Made by a program: the position numbers and the translations under genes. 64,000 nucleotides of DNA from Macrostomum hystrix (Eukaryota; Animalia; Platyhelminthes): NCBI GenBank assembly GCA_950097015.1, contig CATNEN010000012.1:868001-932000 (forward strand), given 5' to 3'. Numbering within the stretch: position 1 is the stretch's first letter; each line of letters begins with the position of its first letter. Below, one piece after another: positions 31,001 to 59,214 of this stretch. The notes beneath the pieces are model-generated. The model was not told where the DNA came from. It ran no database searches and worked only from the letters and a program-made list of their open reading frames with translations.

Positions 31001-34000
31001 TGAGCACGAACTGCTTGGTGAAATCCGGCAGCCTCAGCACCGGAGCCGTCGTCAGCTGATCTTTCAACTCGTGGAACGCTCGCTCGCAGTCGCTGCTCCA
31101 CTCAAAGTCCCTCGATTTCACACTGACGTCATGCAGGACCCTCGCCGTCTGGCTGAAGCCTGGGATGAACCGGCGGTAGAACCCCAACATTCCGAGGAAC
31201 CGCTTCACCTCCTCGGTCGTTGTTGGGCTGGGCATGCTGCGAATGGCCTCGACCTTGCCGGGATCCGGTGCGATGCCCTGCTCGCTGATCAGGTGTCCCA
31301 GGTACAGCACCCGGCGATGACCGAACGCGCTCTTGGCCTTGTGCAGCTTGAGTCCTGCGTCTCGCAACCGCTTGAAAACTTCCGCCAGCCTCTCTAAGTG
31401 GTCGTCGAACGTCCTGCTGAAGACAATGATGTCGTCGATGTAAGTCAGCACGGACTCCCAAGACAGGCCAGACATCACAAGCTCCATGAGCCGCTGGAAC
31501 GTCGCCGGGGCGTTGCACATACCGAAGCCCATCTTGCAGAATTGCATCAGGCCGCGCGTCGAATAGAAGGCCGTCTTGTGCCGGTCCTCCTCCGCCACCT
31601 CCACCTGGTGGTAGCCCTGCCGGCAGTCGATTGTGGAGAACCAGGAGCATCCGACAAGCGCATCCATGGCCTGCTGCAGGTGCGGTAGCGGGTACGCGTC
31701 CCTGACGGTGCAGGCGTTGAGCTCCCGCCAGTCCGTGCACAGTCTGATGTCGCCGTCTTTCTTGCGGACTACCAGCAGGTTGCTGGCCCATGGCGATGTC
31801 GACGGCTCGATGATGCCGCTGTCCAGCATCTGGCCGATCTTTTTGTCCACCTGGCCTCGCACAGACAGTGGCAGCCTGCGCTGGACCTGCCGGTGTGGCC
31901 GCGCTCCGGGCACCAGCTCGATCTGGTGTTGCAGCAACGCCGTCGTGCCCAGGTCGTACTCGTGCCTTGCGAACAGGTCCTCGTTGCGCTCCAGCAGCTG
32001 TCGCAGCCTCGCAGCATCCCGTTCGGGCAGCTCCGCGTTGATGTTCCAACCGACGGGGGTCTCATGGGCCGCCTCCTGGCGACCGTCCTCGTCTGTCATC
32101 GCGCCTTCGAACGTGCCGACCGCCTTGTTGGCGTACAGCAGCACGGGCTCCTCTGCCAGGTTGCACATTTTCACCGGGATGCGGCAGCCATCTGAGACCG
32201 CCAGCACGCGGGCCGGCAGGATGGCGGTGGACTTCACGAAGTCCTCAGACGGCTCAAAGACTCCCTGCTCGCCGCTGGAATCCACCTTGAGCCACACCAG
32301 CTTCTCGCTGCGGGCGGGCAGCTCCGTAGTTGCCGCCACACGCGCCACCAGGACACTCGGTACCAGGCGACAGTCTGCTCGAGCCGGCTCGCTGCTGAAA
32401 GGCACAGTTGTACTATCAAACTTAACGACGCCTTCTTTAATGTCGATGGTCATCGCCTGCGACACCTCGCCGATGAAGTCCATGCCGATGATCAGGCTGG
32501 GCTGGATGCCGTCCACGACTGTGAAGCGATGGCGCACGCGGATGGTCTTGCCGATAGAAACATCCGCTGCTGACAGGCCTAGGCAGCGCAGCCGGGATCC
32601 GTCGACAGCAGTCGGCAGCGCACCGATGTCGGTGCAGTCGATCTTGCACGGCAATCTGTCGAACAGTGACTTATCCATCAACGAAACTTGCGCGCCGGTG
32701 TCGAGCAGAGCGGGCGCTGACACGCTGCCAAAGTGCACCTTCACGAAGACTGAAGGCGCTGATCTAAGGGCCCCTTTTGAGCGGGTCGGTGCTGGCCCCA
32801 GGCTGCCGACCCTCAGAAGTTTCCCTGCGGCTGTCCAGTTGGTGTCGGGCACACCGCGGCGGAGTGACCTTTGCCTGAGCACCGGCTGCAGCGGATGCCG
32901 GTCGCCTTTGGGCACCGCCTAGCGATGTGACCCAGCTCGCCGCAGCTGAAGCACTTAATGGGTCCCTTCTGACGCCTGTCTCTTCCGGGTGGTCCCGCTC
33001 GCACGCTGGCTGTCAGCTGCTGCATCTGCTGCTCCAGCTGGCTCAGCCGTCTGTCTTCCACTGACACCGCAGCTGATGAGGCTGTAGTCGCGTGGCTCAC
33101 CAGCTCAAGCCGCGCAGCTCTGTCGACGATGGCGGCCAGCGAACACGAGTCCACGTCCTGGTCCTTCAACAGCGCATCTCGCACGGCAGATGGCAGGAGG
33201 CGCATCAGGCGAAACTTTACGTCCTTTTCCCGAGCCGCCACGGAGTCGTCCGGGCGGGCCCGAAGGTGGAGAAGCTTCAGGCTGTAGGCCAGCTCCCTCA
33301 GCGACTCGTTAGGCTGTCGCTTACGCTCTTCAAAGTCCTCCATTGCTCTGTAGCAGCTTAGACTGTTGCCAAAGCACTCGATCAGCTTCTCCTTCAGCTT
33401 TTCATAGCTGGCTGACACGTCTTCTGGCTGCTCCCAGACGAAGATTTGTGCTTCTCCTGTCACCAGCAGTCTCAGCTTCTTTGCCTTCTTCTTGTCGTCC
33501 CATTCGCAGTCGTCGGCGAAGTCCTCAAACGTGCTGAGCCACGTTCTCACGTTGGAGTCGCCGCTAAACTTTGAAGGCAATAGACTGGCTTGCTCTGATT
33601 TGGCCATAGTGAGACCGCTGCCACCAGTGTAAGACCGTGGGTTAAGTTGTAGAACATAACAAACACGCCAGGAGCCCTCACTGGCTCACGCCAATATATT
33701 TAACGGCAAAGTTGGGGTGGGTGCAACCACCCTAAGCGAACGCACGCTGCAGCGCTAAACCCCCCACCCCAAACAAGCCGCGCGTGCACATCTAAGTGCA
33801 CGCGCACCAACAAGCCAGACTACAGTATACTACTGTTGTAAGTAGAGTTAGCAAGAAAATTAAGTTAATTATGCGAGCTTTCTTCACCAAAAAATGAACC
33901 ATTAAGGATTTCTGGCCGATGCCCGGTGAAATCTGACCCAACTACTGAGTGATAATTGCTGTATCGATCGTACAAAATTATTTTCTGCCTTCATGTGAGT

Positions 34001-37000
34001 CTTATAAGAGTTTGACCTATGGTACAAACTCGACTTGTAGCCTGCCCATAGCAAGTTGGCCCCGTGCCTCCACACCGTCTTGAGCTCGCTGCCTTGCAGG
34101 AAATATCAAGCCTGTATACTCAGTCTCCCGTGAGGTTTTAGTAGCCAAATTTTAGAGTGCCCCAGACTGAACGACTCACTCAATATCGTCGCGCACGTTG
34201 CCCCAGTTGTGCGCTCCGGATCCGTCTCGCTTCTCAATCGACTTCACTCCAGTGGTGGCCGAGCCTGAGTGACGGTCGTAATCGCGAATTCTGCCGAATC
34301 CGCCACCACCGCCGCCTCGTCCGCCACGACCACGACCGCCGCGACCACCGCGACCGCGCGGCCGACCAGAGTCCAATGGCCGACCGTCGGCTTGTTCGCC
34401 AGCTACCGCGGCGACGTCCTCCGACTGAACAGCGGACGGTTCCGAATCTACAGGCAGCTGCGACGGGGCCTCGTCACCATCAGGATTAGGTGGCTCCATG
34501 CCAGGAGGTGGACCTCCGCTAAAGCCGCCGCGCCCGCGACCACGTCCTCCGAAGCCGCGACCTCTGCCGCCGCTGCCGCCCTCGCCGTAGCCTCCGCCGA
34601 AGCCGCGGCCCCGATTGCCGAAGGCACCGCGACCACGTCCGCCAAAGCCGCCCCTAGCAACGCCGGCATCGTCAGTGGCAGGATCAGCGGGCCTGTCAGC
34701 AAGCTCGCCGTTGTCTTCCTCGCCGCCGGCGCGCTGCTGCTGGCCGCCTCCGCTGAAGCCACCGCCAAAGCCACCACGGCGTCCGCGCTCGCCTCCACCA
34801 CCGCTGCCGAAGCCACCACCGCCGCCACGACCAAAAACGCGCACTCCGCGCCCGCGACCGCCGCCGCGATATTCGCCGCCGCCACCGGCGCTGAAACCGC
34901 GACTACCACCGCGGCCACCGAAGCCGCCGGCTCGGTGCGGCTGCTGGCCGCCTTCGGCTTTAGCGGCAGCGTCAGCGCCGCCATCTGCGTCCTCTGGCCG
35001 GCCAGCCGGCGGCTGTCGACCGCCGCGGCTACCAAAGCTGCCGCGCCCTCCGCGTCCCTGGAAGCCACCACGAGATTGCGGCGCAGAAGCTTCACCATCG
35101 GGATCAGCGCCAGTGGCAGATCGTGGCGTGGAAGGCTTTCCACCTATAGAAAAAAAAGTAGTTTTTAAGTTGTAACTGTTTTGAATCTATAGTCCAGATC
35201 ATATTATATATGCCTGAAAATTCTAGTGTACATTGTTGGTGTGCACTTGCCTCATATTGAATTATTGGCATGCACTTTTAGTGCTCAGAGTTGGTATAAC
35301 AAATTTGTAAGGTTAATGATTAATGGGAACAAGTAAAAAGGTTGTTGACAAAATAAAATAGACCTTTTTATCACTGTCTATTGGAATTTATCCTATTTTT
35401 TACTTTTAACTGTGCAAATTAGATATTCTTAACATGCACCCAGCCTCAAAATATTTTCTAGCATGCACCCAGCATGATCCAGACTACATAGACCTAATAT
35501 TATTTTTATAAAAATTATATAAACTGTTACTAGTTAGCAAATAAACTAAATAAATATAGTTATCTAGATAATATATACAAAGACAAGAAACAAAGGCTAA
35601 TTATTTTATATATCATTATCTATATATACAAAAACTTTGTTATTGAAGAACTTGTTTATCTTTTTAGATGTATAGCTATTTGTGGAACTATGCTTGATCT
35701 AACAGCTAAAGGATAATTATTAATATAATGAAGGAATTAAAATAGATGAATTTAAAGAAAAAACGTTTTTAAATTTAAAACTAGTTTATACTTCTAGCTT
35801 ATCTATTATCTAAAATAAAGTAGAGAAATTTTGATTTGCATGCCAAGGTTAGATTGCTTTTAATTTTCATGCTAGCATGGCATACAGAAACATGTACATG
35901 ATCAAAACATGGACAAAACAGATAATTGTAACTTAAAAAAGGCATAATAACTTTTTAAAATAATATGTTGTCTATGTACTCCATTAAACTAAAAGCAATG
36001 GAGCATATAACAATTTGTCAATTTTAAGTATTTATAGTATTCAAGTGTTTACACAGCTGATAGAAAACTTTGTTTAAGACATACAAAGTCTATAATGATT
36101 AGATTATTATTTTAAAGTATGTTGATACTCTTATTACATGTTTTACAATGTTACTATTTTTGTATGATTCATAATACAATGGGTTGCAGCCCATTTTGGT
36201 AACATCCATTTTGGTAACAACTGAAATCCACTTTGATAACAAACATTTCAGTAACAAACACTTAGGTAAAAATATTGGTACACTTCAGTAACTGGGGTGT
36301 TGTTTTTATTATTTCATTCAAGGATACCAAGTCATTAGTACTCAAAGAAAAACAAGTAATAGTTACATTCTTAAATTTTAATGTCATAAGTTTGACTAAA
36401 TTTGACTAAATTGACTAAATAAACGATATATATGGTTTCAATTTCTTTGTTGAGGACTAATGACTTGGTATTATTCAAGTTACCGAAGTGTCCTAACTAT
36501 GTTACCGAAGTTTTCATTACTAAACTGTCTTTTGCTTGTTACAGAAATGTCTGTTACCAAGTGTATTTTACCAAAATGAACCTAATTCATTGTCAACATC
36601 AGATGCCATAGTCCAGAAGATAAAAATTTCCAGGGTACACTAAAAAAGTTGGCATACATGTTGGCATACAAAAAGTGATTTTAGGACTTTTGGAGTGCAT
36701 ATTTAGCATACATTGTGACATACACAAAAAATTAAACAAGTTACATATGTTATTGATGATAATCATAGTCATAATAGTTATCCATGCATGTATTTAAATT
36801 TTGACAATTAATGTAAAACTGACTTCCCTGTTTTTTACAATTTAAAGGTTATGCTTTTTAACAAAAATGCACAAAGTTTGCTTTTGATTTTTTAATATAT
36901 GAACTGTTGTTGAACTATAGGGTGACAGGCAAAACGGATCACTCACAGTTATCACACAGAGTGTTACCCTTTTTTGGGACACCCATTCATATGGCATACA

Positions 37001-37680
37001 TTGGTGTACATTTAAAAATGTAGTTCATTTTTTTTCTGGGGTACATACAAAGTGTTCCGAACTATGGATCAGATGTTGATGATGCCTACATAAAAACAAG
37101 CAGCACATATGATCTCTTTTTATAGCCTAAGCACAAATATACACCATGCATGCCAAGGTATAAACCCTTAACATATACAATAAGCCATGCATGCCAGCCA
37201 AAAGTCCACGCCAGAAAATTCTGGCATGCACTACATGAACTGGACTATGGTAAGCTAGTGAGAGAATATAGGCCCTACTAATTGAATAATTACTTTAGGA
37301 CACAATTAAGGATGCCATTTAACAACAATTAGAATTAGAATGTCCATTTTAGGAATTTCGTTTTTAAAAGTGTGAAGCAGAAATAGCAAGCATTAGATAG
37401 CTATTATTTCGAAATTATTACCTTCAGGTTGATCTTTCCTTGGCCTTCTCAGTGGACGACTTGCTTCTGGTTGTACAGGCTCGGGCTTCTGCTCCACTTT
37501 GGTTTCAACTTTTGCGCTAGCAGGTTTCTTTTCTTTGTCTTTTTTAGCCTTTTGCTTTGCTTTTTCGAGTTGCTGCTTCTCTATTTTGCTGAGAAGCACA
37601 TCAGGATCTTCATCGTGATCAATTAGGAAACCATACTTATTTCCCGTGCTGACACTATAATTGCCTTCAATGGCAGTCAT
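28096..37680 (-). CDS. SERBP1: SERBP1/Vig-like RNA- and ribosome-binding RGG protein (HABP4/PAI-RBP1 family), 648 aa
   Basis: Exons 37680-37422 (259 nt), 35143-34180 (964 nt), 28819-28096 (724 nt) with GT-AG junctions in phases 1 and 2. Family motifs: YSVSTGNKYGFL, RDYDRHSGSATTGVKSIEKRDGSGAHNWG, MTLEEWK, C-terminal DFPQLA*; extensive RGG/FGG tracts. Confidence 0.92.
28877..29073 (-). repeat. 3' LTR (197 bp)
   Basis: Same sequence as 33628-33824; polypurine tract adjacent at 29074-29086. Confidence 0.97.
29109..32825 (-). CDS. pol: Pol polyprotein (protease-RT-RNase H-integrase), probably expressed as Gag-Pol by -1 frameshift
   Basis: LLDTGA protease; LCTDWRELN and YIDDII RT; FVLSCDSS RNase H; HHCC zinc finger (HSCDQSGHLG...CAVC); DDE core (QIDIKG, LHSDQG, GIVERGN); KWKGPY motif. 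Domain order is Ty3/Gypsy type. The reading frame is open from 32915 to 29109. Confidence 0.97.
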   Translation of the reverse strand, partial: GKLLRVGSLGPAPTRSKGALRSAPSVFVKVHFGSVSAPALLDTGAQVSLMDKSLFDRLPCKIDCTDIGALPTAVDGSRLRCLGLSAADVSIGKTIRVRHRFTVVDGIQPSLIIGMDFIGEVSQAMTIDIKEGVVKFDSTTVPFSSEPARADCRLVPSVLVARVAATTELPARSEKLVWLKVDSSGEQGVFEPSEDFVKSTAILPARVLAVSDGCRIPVKMCNLAEEPVLLYANKAVGTFEGAMTDEDGRQEAAHETPVGWNINAELPERDAARLRQLLERNEDLFARHEYDLGTTALLQHQIELVPGARPHRQVQRRLPLSVRGQVDKKIGQMLDSGIIEPSTSPWASNLLVVRKKDGDIRLCTDWRELNACTVRDAYPLPHLQQAMDALVGCSWFSTIDCRQGYHQVEVAEEDRHKTAFYSTRGLMQFCKMGFGMCNAPATFQRLMELVMSGLSWESVLTYIDDIIVFSRTFDDHLERLAEVFKRLRDAGLKLHKAKSAFGHRRVLYLGHLISEQGIAPDPGKVEAIRSMPSPTTTEEVKRFLGMLGFYRRFIPGFSQTARVLHDVSVKSRDFEWSSDCERAFHELKDQLTTAPVLRLPDFTKQFVLSCDSSQFAVGAVLSQLHGDAELPVAFASRTLNKAERNYSATDRELLALVWSLKHFRTYLLSVPNFRVYSDHRPLQGLLTTKDPEGRLARWLSTLQQFSFELLYRPGRDNVVPDALSRVAGTRLQPRWDDSSLHEEQRQDPLLSKAFQALTEGVDSLSDSWAAQVRELLDGASVSSAGVLLVGGRPVIPGHLRPHFLQQAHSCDQSGHLGVDRTGARLSERCWWPGLRRDVENWVASCAVCLAKKSPTKPQKAPLQSTCQPTAPWQLVQIDIKGPLPRTTDGKAYILSMCDAFSKWMETAALAGIDAVTVADALLKSVVLRHGAPQVLHSDQGRQFESEVFGRLCEQLGVEKTRTSPFHPSGNGIVERGNRTLGDMLATTVAENQQGWDSKLPYVTWAYNTSVHSTTGLSPYQVLHGWPPRLALDSWLISGDRPAADGEHHGFLRRTQENLQSAFDTVHSRLRSAQVERNRLANRDSRFVPFEEGQLVMLRNSVIKRGQTRCLSAKWKGPYRVLRRLGEVNYRIQDEAGRRRRLVVHHDRLKRFVQRRASLELPAAADRRPPAADADNDGTAAEPPGQAADPGGDAVAFWPELQADEVHEEPPTAPAEPVIVPRRSARERRPPDLYMAGFA
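32767..32825 (-). promoter_or_regulatory. -1 programmed ribosomal frameshift signal (G GGA AAC slippery site plus downstream stem/pseudoknot)
   Basis: Heptamer at 32825-32819 is in the gag frame; 6-nt spacer; stem GGGTCGG/CCGACCC; -1 frame continues into pol. Confidence 0.8.
32813..33607 (-). CDS. gag: Gag (264 aa) with two CCHC zinc knuckles
   Basis: ATG ~20 nt after the 5' LTR; PSKFSG..W capsid-like start; CFSCGELGHIARRC and CSRCSGKGHSAAVC. Confidence 0.95.
   Translation of the reverse strand: MAKSEQASLLPSKFSGDSNVRTWLSTFEDFADDCEWDDKKKAKKLRLLVTGEAQIFVWEQPEDVSASYEKLKEKLIECFGNSLSCYRAMEDFEERKRQPNESLRELAYSLKLLHLRARPDDSVAAREKDVKFRLMRLLPSAVRDALLKDQDVDSCSLAAIVDRAARLELVSHATTASSAAVSVEDRRLSQLEQQMQQLTASVRAGPPGRDRRQKGPIKCFSCGELGHIARRCPKATGIRCSRCSGKGHSAAVCPTPTGQPQGNF
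33615..33626 (-). promoter_or_regulatory. Primer-binding site complementary to tRNA-Leu 3' end
   Basis: TGGTGGCAGCGG(T) pairs with ...ACCGCTGCCACCA, which I recall as the 3' end of metazoan tRNA-Leu(AAG/UAG). Confidence 0.75.
33628..33824 (-). repeat. 5' LTR (197 bp)
   Basis: Same sequence as 28877-29073; followed by the PBS on the minus strand. Confidence 0.97.
36181..36580. mobile_element. MITE-like remnant with nested inverted repeats in SERBP1 intron 1
   Basis: CATTTTGGTAA modules on the left, TTACCAAAATG-like modules on the right; inner IR ATACCAAGTCATTAGT(A/C)CTCAA at ~36324-36345 and ~36449-36470; no TSD identified. Confidence 0.4.
36592..37080. mobile_element. Second MITE-like element with ~25-bp imperfect TIRs
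   Basis: CAACATCAGATGCCATAGTCCAGA on the left versus reverse complement CAACATCTGATCCATAGTTCGGA on the right, plus inner TGGCATACAT-type repeats; no TSD identified. Confidence 0.4.
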
Positions 37681-38336
37681 CTTGAACAAAAATCGTAGTG
37701 AAGCTGTTATTGTCTAGATAGTAATAAAAAGAAAAATTCCATAGTTAAACATTCTGAAAGTATGCCAAAAGCATCACATGTACAACAGGACTTATATCAC
37801 AATACAAATTCCCAAAATCTAAAAATCGTCTTTTTAATTTTGTTCGACATGTTTGATATTAACAAATGCATGGGAAATTATTCACAAAATGAATCAGTTA
37901 TTCTAAAGAAAGTATTTTTGGTAAAAAAATAGAGCAAATAGTCTCTTGTGAGTCGAAAAACGTTTAATTTTTTTAAGGAAGAGCAATTAGGAGCGTAACT
38001 AATAAAACTAAAACTAATTTTCCCACACGATCTGATCATACATCAACGCTCTACTTAAACACGAGCTGAAGTAGCAGTGCCAGCGCTTCACGGTCAATAA
38101 ACTCTCACTCAATGTCCAGTCGGAAAGATTTCATTATATATATTTTCTTTTTTGATGTTAGATTTTTTGTTACTTAAGGTCTAACTTTCTGTAAGTTCTG
38201 CCCTTTTTATGTAAGCCTTAGGCTTAGGCTTAAAGCCTAAATGACAATTTTATAAGAATTTTGGTGTAGAACCTAGTCCTAGGCCTATCTCCTATGCTGC
38301 GGGCGTCTTTCAATACAAGGAAACCCTACTCGCACT

Positions 38337-39100
38337 GGATCCTAGGCACTTCGTCATCCTACAACTTCGTCATCTTACAACTTCGTCATCTTACAACTTC
38401 GTCATCCACTTGGAAGGTAGGACACTTCGTCATCCAGCCAATTGGCATGCTTTAAAGTTTGGTCAGTTCGTCATCTACTAATAACAAGCAATCAAGTTCG
38501 TCATCAATAAAGTGAGGGTGGGGTGGTGGGCATACATGCGCAACACCCGGCCGACACGGCCGAACCGGCCGGGTGAAACGAGGGCCAAGCAAGGTAAGTC
38601 GCAAAAACCAATTGACCAAGCGCAAAAAAATCAAAGGGGGGACCAAGGGACAAAAAAGGAAGGCGTGAAGAAAAGGAAAAAGGGAGAGAAAAAGAGAGCA
38701 AATGAGAGCAAACTAAGTCATAAATAGAGCAATGAAACGAACTAAGTTGCAAATGAGAGCAAACTAAGTCGTACATAGAGCAAAAACTAAGTCGCATGGC
38801 TGGCTAAGATTTGGGAGGTTGCGCATGTATGGTGGTGGGGCAGAGGTGTGAACACACTTCACACTCTAAATTGTCAAAAATAGGTGTCAAAATTGATTTC
38901 ATTAGGGCCTATAAGAGTTGAAAGATAGGTGCCAATACGATGTGGGGAGGGCGTGGTTCTGTTCTAACTTTGAAAACTTATTGTTTTATAGATGACGAAG
39001 TGTCCACAAGTCTAAGTCTCTTCGTCATCCACCCTCTGAGATATTGGACAGATCGTCATCTACATGACAAAGTTGTAAGATGACGAAGTGTCCAGGTACC
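38337..39100. mobile_element. Non-autonomous TIR DNA transposon (764 bp) with 8-bp TSD; Mutator-like or hAT-class, unresolved
   Basis: TSD CTCGCACT at 38329-38336 and 39101-39108; imperfect TIRs GGATCCTAGGCACTTCGTCATCCTACAACTTCGTCAT versus GGTACCTGGACACTTCGTCATCTTACAACTTTGTCAT; subterminal CTTCGTCATC repeats at both ends; no transposase. Confidence 0.85.
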
Positions 39101-41498
39101 CTCGCACTGACTATACACAATGACAACAGCTGCAATTGTATCATGTTGTTGTAACTGACTAACTGGACCCTTGCAGTTTAGTAATGTTACCTGTGCATAA
39201 GTAATGCTAGCAGCAATCTGAGCATAGGCCTAGTCAGCTGCCATTGAGTTGCCTGGCAAGGGCAGGGCCAGCAGCTGTCGACATGCTTCTTGGTTGTCCT
39301 ATGTGCATTTTTGTAGGCCTAGTGTAAGATACAGTATAGCATTTTGTACCAGCATTTCAATTATTTTCTCATTATTTGTCCACTTTGTACATAGCCATAT
39401 TTTTGAAAAGATAAATCATTTCTAATAATTCCCTCTACTTTTAACTGATAGTAATGCACATCAAGCATACTAAATTTCTATAATGAGTCACTTTGTCAAA
39501 AAGCCTAACACAAAGATGACACTTTTTAACAGGAAAATTAAAATTCGATAAAATGTCTATTTTATGAAATCGCAGTAGACAAAATGACTAGCACCCTTGT
39601 AGCTTACAATTGTTCTGCTAAGTCTGCTCTACTTGAATGTAATATGCACTGGATTGATTACAGCCACTTTTTAAACATCCACTTTGGTAGCAAATTAAAC
39701 TTATCTAGTGATCTGATCCTTACCCTAAATAGTCTTGAAGTAAAAATGCTCAATGTTTTTTAACAGAATAAAAAGTAAATGAAAAGTGCAAATGTCTATC
39801 TATGCTTGTATATGTATATGTACATATGTATGTAATTTAGTATTAAAGTTGAAATTGTGATAGAAAAAAAAGAGAAAAAATGCTATATATATATTCAATT
39901 CATCTATGTATGCCATAAATAAGCTATTGTGTAGGGCCTATTGTTATATTATATTTGAACTAGTATATATATGTTAGATAATAACTTAGACAGTGCCATC
40001 CTGTCTCATACTGGGCTTAGGATACAATAACTGTAGAGTTTTAATATCACAAAGATTTAGTATAGGCCTATGCAGTAAAAAGGTCAAGTGATTTATTTAT
40101 TTTTATGAGTAGCAAACAAGTTATAAGAATGTAAACAAATGACAAATGTACTCAAAAAACAACAATTAATCAATAAGCTAGATATCAGAATAACAATAAT
40201 TTCTTGCAGATAGTTTAAATTAAAGCTGTGGATTTAACACATTTCATATTGCTGTGAAGTATTATTTTGAGAAAATTAATCTGGAAACTTGTATAAAATT
40301 GTCAATTGCATCCATTGGTCAGCTTTTGATGCTTAAGTATAGGGGAGGAATGATCACGTTGAGGTTGCAGGTCACTGCTTGTGAATATGTGCTAAAGCCT
40401 GGGTGAAGTTCAGAGTTAGAGCAAATTTACATGGGTTGGAGTGCAAGTGTTTTGTCATGTGAAGAGTGCATGTCAGTGATGTTGACAAAATTATTTGGAC
40501 TAGTTTGTCAACTGACATTTGGAGAAATAACACTTAGCAACTTTGTCAACCTATTGGAAACATGTTGTTTATTTATTCCCTCATAAAGTCATAAAAAATG
40601 ACTGATAAGGACACAGATGTCCTCAATTGATTGGTTCAAACTTCTTGAGAAGTTTATTGCTAACAAACAAATTTAGCAATTGTTAAAATGTATACTGTGT
40701 CTGACTAGCAAGAAACTGGTAGTTCTGACTATGAACTTAGTAGTTCACACTATTATTGGCTTCACTAATTAATTAATTTGACCATACACTTGACTACTGT
40801 TAACCATGGTTGCCTAATCTAGACATTTTACCCATTCAAAATTTCTGTGCTTTTGTTTACTTTATTGTTTTAACATGCACAGAAACAGATTTTGCAATGT
40901 TTTTTTAAAAAAAAACACTAGGCGTAGTACAATTAACACAAAATATCTTTTGTCTATTACTTTAATGACCCTAACTATACACAGCTTTGTAAGACCCCTA
41001 TACCAAAATATGTATCCTTTCAGTGATGAATTTTGCTTACTATGGAGCATTTAATAAAAACCAGAGTGTGAGAGTGTGAGCTTTTTTGACATGTAGCTTA
41101 TTTGTATCAGAATTATTGTTTGAACAGACTAGTAAAAAAACTGAAAACATTTGTACTCTTAAAAGAAAAAGTCTCAAAAGTCTTATTTGTTTAAATCAAA
41201 GTTAATAAATTACAATCTCTTAACAATTAAAGCAGCCATACCTCAGGCTTTCTTTCTTGTATGATCAATAGATGCATTATTATTGTGCTTAGTTGAAAAG
41301 TTCTTTATTGTTTAATTGTTTTTTTAAGAATGTTTCATTTAAATTCTTAATTATTATCTAAAAAATTATAACAAATACTAATTACAAGTGTAAACTGACC
41401 TAAATTTCAGCCTGATTGTAGACTAATGAATGGTTTTAGGCTAGACCATTCATGCTTCTAGATACAATAATGCGAATTCAGCATAGCTTATTAGAAGA

Positions 41499-59098
<17,600 letters not shown>

Positions 59099-59214
59099 GT
59101 CAGTGCGAGTTTGATGAGTTTGTGTCTGGCGTTCAACTCCTTTAGAAACTTTTATTTACTGAACCAGTTGGGCTTTCTTACGAACTGAAGGATTCCCTTG
59201 GATCTGAATGGTTC

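Larger units (their letters stand above)
28877..33824 (-). mobile_element. Full-length Ty3/Gypsy LTR retrotransposon in SERBP1 intron 2
   Basis: Two 197-bp LTRs (28877-29073, 33628-33824), TG...CA, identical by eye; 4-bp TSD GTAT (28873-28876, 33825-33828); PBS TGGTGGCAGCGGT 1 nt after the 5' LTR; PPT AGGGGGAAAGTAG next to the 3' LTR; intact gag and pol. Confidence 0.98.

Noticed and set aside
28069-35175. Long + strand ORFs antisense to SERBP1 exons and to gag/pol (e.g. 31633-32922, 34269-35168, 28069-28881)
   Set aside because: Shadow ORFs expected from GC-rich codon usage; no domains.
38215-38235. TTAGGC repeats resembling a telomeric motif
   Set aside because: Only two to three copies; consistent with chance.
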